Assembly: GCA_023515725.1 (NCBI GenBank)
Contig: JALDTO010000142.1
Span: forward strand, 620,001-684,000
DNA from: Amoeboaphelidium protococcarum X5
Taxonomy: Eukaryota; Fungi; Aphelidiomycota
Reading direction: 5' to 3'
DNA length: 64,000 nucleotides
Part shown: one piece after another, positions 41,053 to 55,126 of the stretch
Numbering within the stretch: the stretch's first letter is position 1
Layout of the letters: every line of letters starts with the position of its first letter
Made by a program: the position numbers and the translations under genes
The notes under the pieces: generated by a model
What the model saw: the letters and a program-made list of their open reading frames with translations, nothing else
What the model was told of the DNA's origin: nothing
The model's database searches: none

Positions 41053-41751
41053 ATGTTGAAACAATTAGTATCTGGAATAAGTCGAGTAAGAACTTTCACA
41101 CAGTATTAACGCCCGGTATCTGCCGGACTAGTTCCATATGTTATAGAGTAGTCACCGAAGGGTGGTGAGAGAGCGATGGATATATTTTCGAGACTGCTTA
41201 AGGACCGCATCATTTGTATCAATGGTCAGATTGACGATAGTGTTAGCGCATTGGTTGTTGCTCAGTTGCTATTTCTGGAGGCGGAAGATTCGTCAAAGCC
41301 AGTGAGCATCTACATCAATAGTCCTGGTGGTTATGTGACTAGCGGTCTAGCTATATATGATACGATGCAGTATATCAAGTGCGATGTGAGTACTGTGTGT
41401 GCGGGGTAGGCTGCATCAATGGGCTCGCTGCTGTTGACTGCTGGAGCGAAAGGTTAAAGATATGCACTGCCGAATAGCAGAATTATGATACATTAGCCAT
41501 TGGGTGGATTTAGCGGGCAGGTATCAGACATTGAAATTCACGCAAGAGAGATTTTGAAGTTGCGCGATCGTCTGAATGGCATCTACTCGCATCATACTGG
41601 ATAGCCAGTGCAGAAGATTGAGACCAGCGTTGATCGTGATAATTTTTTGTCGCCAGAAGAAGCGGTTTAATTTGGCTTAATTGACAAGGTGATCACGACT
41701 CATGATGATATGGTGGCAAGTAATGGTGATAGTAATAATACCGGTAGTTGA
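41053..41751 (+). CDS. CLPP: Mitochondrial ATP-dependent Clp protease proteolytic subunit
   Basis: Transit-like N-terminus, [39 protein letters not shown] and DRDNFLS. Confidence 0.95.
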
Positions 41752-41784
41752 AAATAATATATTCAATCTGTGATGTGATGACAA

Positions 41785-44076
41785 TCAATAATTTATATAC
41801 AAGTTGGAACACTGATGCTCTTGCAAATAGTCTGCTCCACACTCTTCATACTACTTTCTGGTGATGAACACTTTCTAGTTCTTATTAGTGAGATGATCCA
41901 GTGCCCATTTGGAGGCACCTCTCCAAGCATCTAGAATTGAATCTTGAGCGTGATAAACTTTCACAGGTACATCGCATAAAACATTCTGTCTCAGATCGTT
42001 GAACAGCCTTTGATCGAAGCCCCGGTACATGGTATTGCCTCCTGTAACAAATACATTAGACATCATCTGCAACTTGTCTAAATCACTCTCATACACCTTG
42101 GCCAGAGTTGAACACATTTCAGATAATCCAGCTGACTCTGAGCCCATCAGATGCGGCTGGAATAATATTTCAGGAACTTTATAACGATCTGAGCTCAACT
42201 TGATGCCGTAATAATCGCACTTATCTTCATCCTGATCAAATTTTAGCTTATACCATAGCGATTATTTTATGGCCAGTAGCTATTTCTCCTCCTCACTAAC
42301 ATATTCCGGATCATAGCTCATTAACTTTTATTCGATTTCAGCGAGTTCTGTCTATATCTGGTCTTCTTCGTCCTCATCTGCATCTTGCTCAGCGGTATTC
42401 TCTTTCTACACCTTCCTATATACATCCCAATCTTTATCGTCCATTCCAAAACCGTCATCTTGCTGTTTTGACTAAAACGGATTATCATCACTATCTTAAA
42501 CAGCCAGCTTTGCCAGAGTCTTCAATCGTTTACGTGAAGACGATGATGCTGCAGCCTTCTTCTTCTTATCCAATATGGACTACAGATCATACTTGCGCTA
42601 CTTTATCCCTTGTAACCATCCTTGTAAATCATTTTACCGTTCACGATCCTCAGCGAGCTACTTCTCCTTAGCAAGTCTTTGCTATTCCTCTTTTGCCGCC
42701 TTTATTCTCATTCTGGCATCATAATTAGCTTTAAACAACTTTTACTTTCGTTTCTCTTTAATCTATTCAGGATCCAATTCCGAGTCTGGTACATCTACAA
42801 GATCAAACACTGGCGGTGCCTTTTACTCTTCCCCCTCTTCGTCAACACCGCCGTCCTCTTCGCCTCTCAATTTAGCTTCAATCTTCTTGATCTACCTAAG
42901 CAAGTCCTTCCTGTGGTCGCGGACCTCGTTGACATCTGCAAAGTCGTTGTCGTACAATATTTAATCCACCTACTCTTGCACCAAATCATCCTCCTTGTTG
43001 TCTTACTCATCATCACCTTCGTCCATGTCTTCATCCTAATCCTCAGCACTAAGACGGCCTTTCTTTACAGATTTCTTTGGTTACTATTTTGATTTAGACA
43101 AGGTATCAATTTCTTTCAAAAGAGAGTCTACGCGCTCAAGTTCCCGTTACTTCACCTCAAGCTTCTCCCGTCGTTGAGCATCGACACGCTCCATCATTCT
43201 TAAACGCGCCAACTGTTTTCGCTCCTCCATTGCCTCTACTTACTCCTCGGTATGTTGATACTTTTAGAACGGTAACTATATAGAAACAGAATTATCGATG
43301 AGGAACTAGTTATCGCTCTGAAATTTGTTCAAATCACTCTTATAGTCAGAGGCCACGCGGCAATACTCTACTCGCAATTAATCTGTGGTCATCAGGCTTA
43401 ATTTCTAGTTCAGTTCAGGATACTTGACAAGTAAGTGCTTTTGCATAAACTCAGTAGAGCTGCGACCGCCAATATCCAATCGCTTACAGTGTGAGTAGTC
43501 GACACTACCATCTAATACCGGAATAATATGAGAAGCATTATGACCCGAGGATACAATAAGAGCATTACTTTTCATCTTCTTCTTATCGGAGAATCCTCCA
43601 TTATGATAGAAACTGAACAAAGCATCAACGCCATACGCCAGGCGACCAACAGAGTAACATTCAAACATCAACTCACTAACAATACCGCGGCACTAGTTTA
43701 AATTGCATAGAGTTTCCGTGAATACAATGGAGCGCTATGCCAAAGTCTTCTCCCGCTGTGCTTTCAGTAAGTTGACAAATACATGGTCAAGTGTCAGCTC
43801 CAAATTTGGTGGATGAACAATCAGGGATTAGGAGAAATCGAAAGCAGATCTAGCACCAGAGTAATCGCACTGATCACCACCTCCAATATGGATACCTTTA
43901 GAAGTTTTACTAACAAGATTATCAAATACTAGCTGAGGATCAGCATCAGCATAACCAGCTCTCACCTACCAAGATCCAAAATCAATTACAATAGGACTCT
44001 CTTAACTATACTTCTTGCCAACATTATTCAACTCCTTTCGATATTAAGACAATTCATCCAACTTGATACGCGTCAT
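41785..44076 (-). CDS. ARP5: Actin-related protein 5 (INO80 complex)
   Basis: PIVIDFGS..RAGY, ELMFECY, YGVDALFS, long charged insert, DDGFGMDDKDWDVY, PEILFQP and LDAWRGA. Confidence 0.92.
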
Positions 44077-44582
44077 TATTACTGTGTACTAATTCAACAA
44101 GGTAAAATTTCAAAGACTGAAGAGAAGAAAACGATTAGTCTCACAGAACGACTGCAAAACAACATTAACCAGCAATAGAACGTGATTTTGTAATGGTTGA
44201 AATGCTCAAACAACTCGATAATAAGTCTTGAGAAAATAGCGCAGTATGCTGGTTAATAAGCGTTTAGATTAACAATCAAATGGAAAATGATCTCTCTACC
44301 CAAGTCCTAATCAGAAGTCGACATAACATCAAGAGGTGTGAGAGAGAGCGCGCGCTTAATTAAATTCCCTTGCACGCCTGCAGGACAAGCAAGAGAGAGA
44401 AGCAACGGGCAAATTCTCTCGCAGTTTTGTCGCGTCGTTAAACGTTGCGCCTTCAAGAAGAAGGAAGAGAACCAACGGCGGCGAGCTCTTTTGATTTTGA
44501 TCTCACTTGAGAACTCTGCTTCCTTCTTATTCTATCGATCGCGGGCTTTTAATTATATACTCAAGTAAAACTTTATTGTAAA

Positions 44583-46301
44583 ATGGCAATGGTACAGCCG
44601 CAAGTTATTCTGTTGAGAGAGGGAACTGATTAGAGTCAAGGCAAGGGATAGTTGTTGAGTAACATCAGTGCTGTGAATGCTATTGTGGACACGGTGAGAT
44701 CAACGCTTGGTCCGCGCGGTATGGACAAGCTGATTGTGGACAAGAATGGCAAAGTTACGATTAGTAATGATGGTGCCACCATTATGAAGCTGCTGGACGT
44801 TGTGCATCCGGCAGCGCGCTCCCTGGTCGACATTGCTCGTAGTCAGGATGCCGAGGTTGGTGATGGTACTACAAGTGTGGTTGTATTTGCCGGAGAGTTG
44901 TTGAAGGAGGTGACCCCGCTAATTGAAGATGGTCTCGCTCCCAACATTATAATCAGGGGATTCCGCACTGCATCAAGACTGGCTATTAACAAGGTCAAGG
45001 AACTCGCAGTGTCTGTCGATCCTCAGTCTGCTGATCCATCGGAGTGGAGAGAGACGTTGATGAAGTGCGCCGCCACCGCCATGTCTTCAAAGCTCATCTC
45101 TAGTCATAAGGATTTCTTTAAGCAGTTGGTGGTGGATGCTGTCCTCAGCCTGGATTAGGAAGATTTGAATGAACGCCTAATCGGTATGAAGTCTGTATCT
45201 GGTGGTGCTTTGTAAGACACTATGCTTGTACAGGGTGTTGCATTTAAGAAGACCTTCTCTTATGCGGGATTTGAGCAGTAGCCAAAGAGATTTCAGAATG
45301 TCAAGGTTCTGTGTCTGAATGTTGAGCTGGAATTGAAGGCTGAGAAGGACAATGCCGAGGTGCGAATCGATAAGGTTGGAGAGTATCAGGCTATAGTGGA
45401 TGCAGAGTGGAAGATTATCTTTGACAAGTTGGACCAGATTGTGCAGACTGGCGCCAAGGTTGTGCTCAGCAAGCTGCCAATAGGAGATCTGGCCACATAG
45501 TACTTTGCAGATCGCGACATTTTCTGTGCTGGACGCGTCTCTGATGCTGATATGCAACGTGTTGTACAGGCTGTCGGAGGAAGTATACTGTCTAGTACCA
45601 ATGATATGAAGGACGTACTGCTTTTTGATGACAAGGATAAGAATGTGGATCCTTCTGACAAGTTGCAGAATCATCAGCAAATTCTAGGCTATTGCGATCT
45701 ATTTGAGGAGAAACAGATTGGATCCGAGAGATACAATGTGTTCACCGGCTGCAAGTAGACCAAGACCTGTACCATAATCATGCGTGGAGGTGCCGAGTAG
45801 TTTATCGCAGAAGTTGAGCGTTCTCTGCACGATGCTATTATGATTGTGAGAAGAGCGATTAAGAACCGCCAGATTGTGGCTGGTGGTGGAGCTATTGAGA
45901 TGGAGTTGAGCAAGTATCTGCGCGAGTATAGTAGAACTATTCATGGTAAGCAATAACTAGTCATCGGTGCTTTTGCTAAAGCTCTTGAAGTCATTCCGCG
46001 TCAGATTTGTGATAATGCCGGCTTTGACGCGACTGATATCTTGAATAAGTTGCGTCAGAAGCATCATAAAGGCGGTGTATGGTACGGAGTTGATGTAAAT
46101 AGCGAAGGCATTGAGGACAATATGAATGCTTTCGTGTGGGAACCAGCAATCGTGAAAGTGAATATTTTGAATGCTAGTGCTGAGGCAGCCTGTCTTCTGC
46201 TGAGTGTTGACGAGACTGTGAAGAATCCCCAGAGTGAAATGCCCAACCTGTCACAGAACCCAATGCACATGGGCAGAGGTCGCGGCGTTCCTAGACGCTG
46301 A
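44583..46301 (+). CDS. CCT7: Chaperonin CCT/TRiC subunit eta
   Basis: [49 protein letters not shown] and C-terminal GRGRG. Confidence 0.96.
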
Positions 46302-46574
46302 TCAATGATTATTATTAATATGATCAACTTATTTGTGGTTTTTTTAATTTCCTTTTTATTTTACACGTTATCTTTGACTTCTTTACGGTAGTCTTACTTC
46401 GACAGTGCTGATTTCTAATAACAAGTGTCGCGTGATCAATGCAACAGGTTTGATGTGATCAGCTGTATAAGTACAGTTGAAATCACTATGAAATCTTTAT
46501 TTTAAACCACAAAGCTATTGGAAAGTATATAATCTGGTTATTATATTGCAGTCTTAAGTTTATTCCAAGCTACT

Positions 46575-47222
46575 ATGAGTGCAAATCTAGGAAAATAACT
46601 AGTGTATTCGTCTGGATTTCGATAGCTTCAAGCCATAAACTTTCCATTGCCCAAACCTGGGATGCCTGGTGCACTTGAAGTATTCACTGGTAGCCGTGTT
46701 GGGAGCTTTCTTTCTAGATGGGAGGCGTTGGCAAAAAACTTTAATCTAGATGATCAGGATAGAGTTATAAAGCTGGTGATGTACTGTGATTCGATGGTTC
46801 AAACAGATTTGGCATCATTCACGCATTATCCAAATGGAACGTATGAGGACTTCAAGAAGGAGATGCTGTCATTTTATGAAAACGACGACTTTCCAAAGCT
46901 GTAAGACCTGCTGGATTTGAAGGAATCAAAAGAGTCCTCAACGTCAAAGATCAAGAAGTACATCAATTATTCCTAGAGATTGATAGAGAAGGATACAATC
47001 AATTAGAAGCTGCAGAAAATCTTATTCATTGAGATGCTATCAAGTCAAATCCAATGGTTATTGCCGATCTAGTATGGCAAACTGGACTCTGTTGACTTTA
47101 CGGAGATGAGCTAGTTTGCAATTCAAGTGGCGGATTATGGAGATGCGTTAACCGCTCAGGAGCAAGCTGTTGAACGTTTACAAGCTTAGATTGACTCATT
47201 GACATTGAAGTAAAGATATTGA
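46575..47222 (+). CDS. Stand-alone Ty3/gypsy Gag capsid-like protein, 215 aa
   Basis: PKPGMPGALEVFTGSRVGSFLSRWE..LDDQDRVIKLVMYC..YEDFKKEMLSFY resembles the N-terminus of fungal gypsy Gag. Intact ORF with TAR=Gln. No protease, RT, integrase or LTR seen. Confidence 0.65.
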
Positions 47223-47608
47223 AATCAAAGTCTTCTTGTTGTGTCGAGCCATTATATAGACACTAGGAGAGCACATATTGACAACTACAGATACGGACGA
47301 GCACGATTAATTTCAAATTCGAATAATTTTGAATATATCAACACCGCCATTTAATAGATTTCGAATATGCATCCAAGCCACACTATCGCGCGCGCATCAA
47401 ACAAAAGTGCCGTTCTTCTCCTTTAGCGACGGACTGCGATTAGTCATTTTAAGCTTTCTCCACTTATATTTAAAGCATTTTAGTCAATCGAATGATCTCT
47501 ACTCGATTTTCGAATTCATTATTGCTGATCCATCATCAAAGGAGATATCTGTCTAACATCAGTGGTAATAATTAAAGTCTTTTAAAACGATTCAAGAGTA
47601 AAAAGACA

Positions 47609-48472
47609 ATGGATAAAAGTTCTGGATCTAAAGGTTCTGCTGAGCTGAAGCCTTCGTCAGTCAATGCCTGGGAACAGAAGTAATAATAGTAGCATCATCA
47701 CAATCATCCTCCTGCTTCCGGAGTGACTGTGAATGTTGGTAACTAGTCTCCACTAGCTGAAGTCTATTCTAGCGTCAACGATAACACTGGAATGGTGTCC
47801 AACACTCCGAGACCAAAGTTGATTGATGAACTGTTGCACAACAACAAGAGATGGAGCGCCCGTATCCACGAAAAGGTGCCTGACTTCTTCTCCACTCTGG
47901 CCAAGCAGTAGACTCCAGAGATACTGTGGATTGGATGCAGCGATAGTAGAGTGCCTGCTAACCAAATTATCGATCTACCACCTGGTGAAGTGTTTGTGCA
48001 CAGAAACATTGCGAATGTGTTCACTCACACTGATCTGAATGCTCTGTCTGTGCTCCAGTTCGCCGTGGAGGTTCTGAAGGTGAAGCATGTCATCGTCTGC
48101 GGTCATTATGGCTGTGGTGGTGTGGCAGCATCTATGGAGAATAAGCAGTTTGGATTGATTGACAACTGGCTGCGTAATATCAAAGATGTCTTCCACGCTA
48201 ATCAGGACGTGTTGAAGCAATGTGCAGAGAAGCACTCTGATGAGCATGAACGCTCACAGGCACTCAAGGATAAGATGACCGAACTGAATGTTGCCAGATC
48301 TGTGCGCAACGTCTGTGCCACCACCGTTCTGTAGAATGCTTGGATGAATGGGCAGGATGTGCAAGTGCATGGCTGGGTGTATCGCTTGTCCAATGGCCTC
48401 ATCAATGACTTGAATATCACCGTGAAAGACTTGAAGAGCCTGGACAAGATTTATCAAATGAACGAAAAATGA
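47609..48472 (+). CDS. NCE103: Beta-class carbonic anhydrase (Nce103-like)
   Basis: [30 protein letters not shown] and VHGWVY motifs. Confidence 0.93.
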
Positions 48473-48632
48473 TTAGAATACAGTTTGGAATTAATGCTAC
48501 TACTAATTATAATATCAATTTCACCCAAATACAAGTACTAATTACCACCATCATTCAACACACTGCTAGCATATAATCAAATAAAATCGCAAGTTTTAAT
48601 TTCAACTACATCAGACAAACTGCATCTACTTC

Positions 48633-49949
48633 TCATACGATAGTTAGCCACTTGATCTAGAAATCATCCTTGACACGGACAAGCAAATCATTAAAGTTGG
48701 CCTTCTTCTCATTCAACTGCTAAGTCTCCTTCTGTTGTTCATCAAAGTATTACTTCTTCTCTTCATCAGACATACTTTTCCACTTCTATCCAATGTACGG
48801 AGTAATCTTGGTCAGGAGCTGTGTTGGATGATCTATAGGCAGAGAGCTAACATCCAGATCTGGTAGCATTTTAAAGTTACCATCCGCATCAACACTCTAG
48901 AATACTTCCTTGACGAACAGTGAGTACGGACGGGCTGCTTAAAATTTCAAAGAGTTTTTAGGATTCTTGACAATCTGGTCCTTCACATCATCATAGTTGG
49001 ACACAAACTCTTCAAACTTTCTGGCCTTTTCAATACAATTGTTGTAAGCGAGAATCATGGCATCGGTGAGCTTCAAGTTGAATTGCATCTCCTTCTCTGC
49101 AATGGCGTACTCTTTATGATCCTTCTCTAGGCGTTCATTTAACTTGCGCAACTCTTCAGCCGGCAGAGCTCGGAATAACTCACGTTGATAAGAATTGACA
49201 GCTGTGAAGCGCAACTAATCAGGAAATTTCGCCTGTGCTTCTTGATATAATCTCTACTTTGCCTCATCGCTAGCACCCTAATGAAGATCTTTGACAAATA
49301 TGGAGAATGCAGAGACAGTTTTAACAGGAGGTTCGAAGGACAGCTCTTTGCGATTATATCTCCCCTTGTCAAAATCATCCACTTCCATATCGAGAATCTT
49401 TTGAGCATATACTGGCAGCAGCTCATCCTTCTTCATCCTCCACATCTATCTGAATTCATCCACACCACGGATACCATCCTTGATAGTCTCTCCCGCCTTG
49501 AGTTTCATCAGAATCTTCTCACGGATGAAGACTTTATACGGACTTCCTCTATCTAAGACCAGCTTATGCTTCAGCCGGCTCATATAATCTAGACGCTTGT
49601 AAATGACCCAGTGGGAGGCCAATGACTGGATTTCGTGTTTAAACTTTTCAGATTGACTCAGAGCAGCATACTCCTTGTTCGATTCGGATACGCTAAGGGC
49701 TTTACCATCAGCAGCAGGTGACTTTTAATCACTGCCAGCATTACTACCACTACTAGCCGCCGTCTTGCTCTGCATCTTCTTTCTCCTCTCATAGTAGAAA
49801 GCGGACAGCGGAGACATTGGCTGCAAATCCTTCACTCTCACAGCCAACTTCTTCTTGTGAGTCTTGCTAGTACTACTACTCCCTGTTCCTTGTTTCGAGG
49901 CAACAGAGGCAAAGCGGCGAGAAGCAGTCAAATAAAGATTGTACACCAT
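48633..49949 (-). CDS. Probable mitochondrial multi-HMG-box nucleoid protein (Abf2/TFAM-like), 438 aa
   Basis: Transit-like MVYNLYLTASRRFASVASK. HMG-like segments PMSPLSAFYYE, PPVKTVSAFSIFVKD and RPYSLFVKE..IGQKWKSMSDEEKKQY. Confidence 0.65.
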
Positions 49950-50249
49950 ATTGCTAGAACCAGTACAATATGATATGTGTATAAAATCCTTTGGATGAAA
50001 TAAAAGGAATACGGTGTTCAATTGTTGTTGTTGTTTAAACCAGTTCAAGTCGTCGCCACTTTGAAACGAAAGAAAAGTGTTTCGCGTTTCACCTTTCAAG
50101 AACGAATCGCGAAAATTTTCATAGGTGAGGAAGAGAGAGAAAGACTTGTAATAGACCGTTATCACGTGGCCAACGTTGGAAATATAAATTCAATATCACA
50201 TTTCCATTTCCGCTTTATCCGAACTTTCCATACCGGTATTCGGCTTAGA

Positions 50250-51341
50250 ATGTTGAAGCGATTGTATAGTGCACAAGCTAGTAAAGCGCCGTTGAGCGGC
50301 ATGTTGAAGCGATAAAAAGTTACGCTGGATCATGTTAAAAAGTTGTATCACGATAGGACACCTATAGCCATGTTGACTGCCACTGATTATCCATCCGCTC
50401 GGCTATGTGAAGTTCCGTATTAATAATATAAGAATCTGAATCCAAGCATTGATCCGTGTATAGATATTGTTCTAGTTGGAGATTCTCTGGCAATGGTTGA
50501 TCTGGGCCATGATGACACTGTGGAAGTAACTCTGGATCAGATGATACATCACTCCAAGGCGGTAAGGAGAGGTATAGGCAGACCGCTCCTAGTGACAGAT
50601 ATGCCCTTTGGAACATATAAAGTTTGTGAAAAATTAGCACTTTAGAATGCTTACCGTCTATGCCAGGAAGCAGGAGTTGATGCAGTCAAGGTAGAAGGTG
50701 GTATTGGAGATGGCGTTGATTCAATTGTTAGAAATTTGGTTCGCGGTGGTGTGGCCACAATGGCACATGTCGGACTAACACCTCAGACGTATAAACTATC
50801 AAGCGGGTACAAAGCACAAGGCACATCTGCCAAGAAGGCGTTCGAGATATTCCTAGACTCTATCGCTCTATAGGATGCAGGTGGATTCAGCATAGTTCTG
50901 GAATGTGTTCCTCATAGAGTAGCTCAAATTATCAGTCAAAATATTTCCATACCCACTATTGGAATCGGAGCAGGTTCCTCTATTTCGCAATACAATCACG
51001 ATAATAATGGATCTGTAAATGGACAGGTGTTGGTTCAGTCTGACATGCTTGGCATATACGGGTATGAGCCAACTGGAGATGAACTCTCCCAAGATAGAGT
51101 CGAGAATGGCTAGTTCAACTTTAGTCAGTAGAACAAAATCTCTTTGCCAAAGTTTTGTTCTCAATTCGCACCAATAGGTGAAATATCTCATTATGCCATC
51201 ACCGAGTATGCGTATAAGGTCAAATCTGGCTCATTTCCTAATAATGCTCAACACGGTTTCAAGATTCAAGACAAAGAATTTGAAAAGTTTGCGTCCAAAG
51301 TGGAACAGTACAAGAGCCGGCTCAATATATAGACTGCTTGA
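50250..51341 (+). CDS. ECM31: 3-methyl-2-oxobutanoate hydroxymethyltransferase (PanB/Ecm31), mitochondrial
   Basis: [49 protein letters not shown] and PTIGIGAG motifs. Confidence 0.93.
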
Positions 51342-51617
51342 TATATATTAAACTTTTTCCAAATTAAGTTTACCTTCTTTCATCAGTATAGTGCTTCTGT
51401 AGCTCAAACAACATCAGTAACATCATTAATGCGCATGAAATTCAAACATCGATCGATCCAAGCCGAGCGCGTTTCTTCTCACACGAATCTCTCTGAAACA
51501 TCCATCATCATCCATTACTTGTTATTCTCTCTTGTCTGCTACTTTTGCTTTATACTGTACATATTATTATTAGTATATATTTATCGCGGTATCGTTTTGT
51601 GTAATTTTGGTTTGAAT

Positions 51618-53063
<1,446 letters not shown>

Positions 53064-53088
53064 GAATGTTGAATACTAAACATTACTA

Positions 53089-54822
53089 TCATTGTATATC
53101 CATTTCATATTCTTGTTAGTCAGACTAGTATTTAGTTTGCATCATGTTCTAAGCCAATACTTCCGAGTCAAACCGCCCCTTTTTATCAAACAACTTTATC
53201 TACTTTCCCAATAGATCACAACACAATTTTCTCTTTGTTCCAGCGGTGGTAGAATCTACGGAATCTTGCGATATGTCAGCATCAATTTGCCGCGGAGTAG
53301 ATTGCAGCAATAAACGGGCAAGATTCCAGTTGAAAAGTTCCTCTCTACTGACGCGATACTCTGGTTCAATCTATGCCTCCGGATCCATTTAATCACAGAG
53401 CGGCTACAAGAATGCCTAAATATTACAATCGGGAACTTTCAAGTCACCTTCCTTCAATCTCCAAAGCTTATGCAGCTATGCAGTGCCCATGTTAAACCGT
53501 GCTTTGTAAATTTATGGAGACTCCAAAGGCAACATCTCAAGCATATCAGATGGCGGCTTTTCATATGACGGACATTGTTCTTATTTCCACTGTATCCACT
53601 GGTCTTCCTACTTGAATACCAGCCTCAAAAAACTTCCATAGGACTTGTATTTGACAGAACGATTAAAAGAATTTAATATCGCAATGGCCAGCGAGTCAAT
53701 CCAGTCCAATTCCTTCTTGTCATCCTTGGAAGGACTAGCCGAAGGTTACTACTTGGCTATAGTAAAATGATTACGCAGATATCTCAGAAATATCAATGAT
53801 TAAGTTAGAATCTGAGCTATAAAGACGTCATCGACCATTTACAGATCAAATACAGACTTGGACGTAAGATACTTTTACGTGTAGTTCCAACCACTATCTC
53901 CATTAGATTTAACATTGGCATCTTGCTTCATAGCCGCCACCAAGTTATGAACTACAACTTCAAGCACGCGCTTCATCTGAACATACAATTTTTGAGATAA
54001 ATAGGTAACACCGGCCGATGCTTAGGGACAAAACTTGGGAGGATTAGAGAAGAACTCCTAACATCGCCAGAGGAGAGAGTATAAAGCTGAATTATCAGGA
54101 TCGTCTGTGATGGTCCTCAAGTCCAATGGCACATCCATTCCATCATAAGACGTGACATTATCAGTGTGAAACGCGCGCCCGAGATTCAGACCGCTCCGAT
54201 CATTCGTAGGAAAGACATTGGCGAGCAGCATCAGAATCTTGCCGCAGCTCTGAGCGTCTCGTTCGCTGATTGAGGAGACCCGTCGGAGAAGTTCATTGCA
54301 CAGACGAAGTAGTACCAGTGAGCCTCCTCTATTAGGCTGCAGTTTTTTGGTGACTCTCTTTAAATGAGTAATTATGAAATCGATAATCCGGATACCAGTA
54401 TCGTTATCAGATATATCCACAGTCCATTCAGCCATTTAAAGGAAACATTAATCACTGACGAAGCCATCATCTTGCACCAGGAGAACCAAGTCTAGAATTC
54501 GCACCAGTTGATCCGCGTCATTCTGCTGTTCCATAATCATTTCTCTGATTGCAATCTCAAACCATACGCCGGCATAATTAGGTTGCTGTACTTGAGTTGA
54601 TGGCAGTTAAATTGTAGTCATAGGAGATGTTGTGGTCATTTCGGAACTAATGCTGTCTTGTCTACTAACACTGATGCTATTCACTCCATTATTGGATAAC
54701 TTTAGATGCTCGCGAAGTTGTTCTAGGATTGACTAACAATCGTTACTATTTTCTTTATTGAGGTACTCATCTAAAAGCTATCTGTAAATAGAAAGCTAGT
54801 CATTAAGACATGTGACGCGCAT
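53089..54822 (-). CDS. THOC1: THO complex subunit 1 (THOC1/Hpr1)
   Basis: LLRLCNELLRRVS..CGKILMLLANVFP.NDRSGLN, KYLTSKS.FDLQ, WIQWKQ.QC, MGTA.L.KLW and WNLARL motifs. Confidence 0.88.
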
Positions 54823-55126
54823 TTTCACTAACGTTTTATCAAGTAAATTATTGAAGGTTCCAAGAAGAAGAAGTTATGAAAAAACTAAACAAGACGAATC
54901 ACGCGTTTAATCAAAACCACTATTATCTTTATTGACCATCAGCATCATCATTACTTAATTCAATTAAAGCGCCCAAAGGAACTCAGAGTTCGCGGCTGCA
55001 GCAGGTTTCTTTGACGTTGTTTGAGCCCAGCCAAGATGACTAAGTTTACATTTTATCTGGCCACGGTGCAGTATACGTAACAATGATACATTTCAGCGAA
55101 GTTAGTTTACCTGTACATTGTAGTCT

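Noticed and set aside
46302-47608. LTRs or PBS/PPT flanking the Gag-like ORF
   Set aside because: No direct repeats or TG...CA pairs were found by eye on either side.
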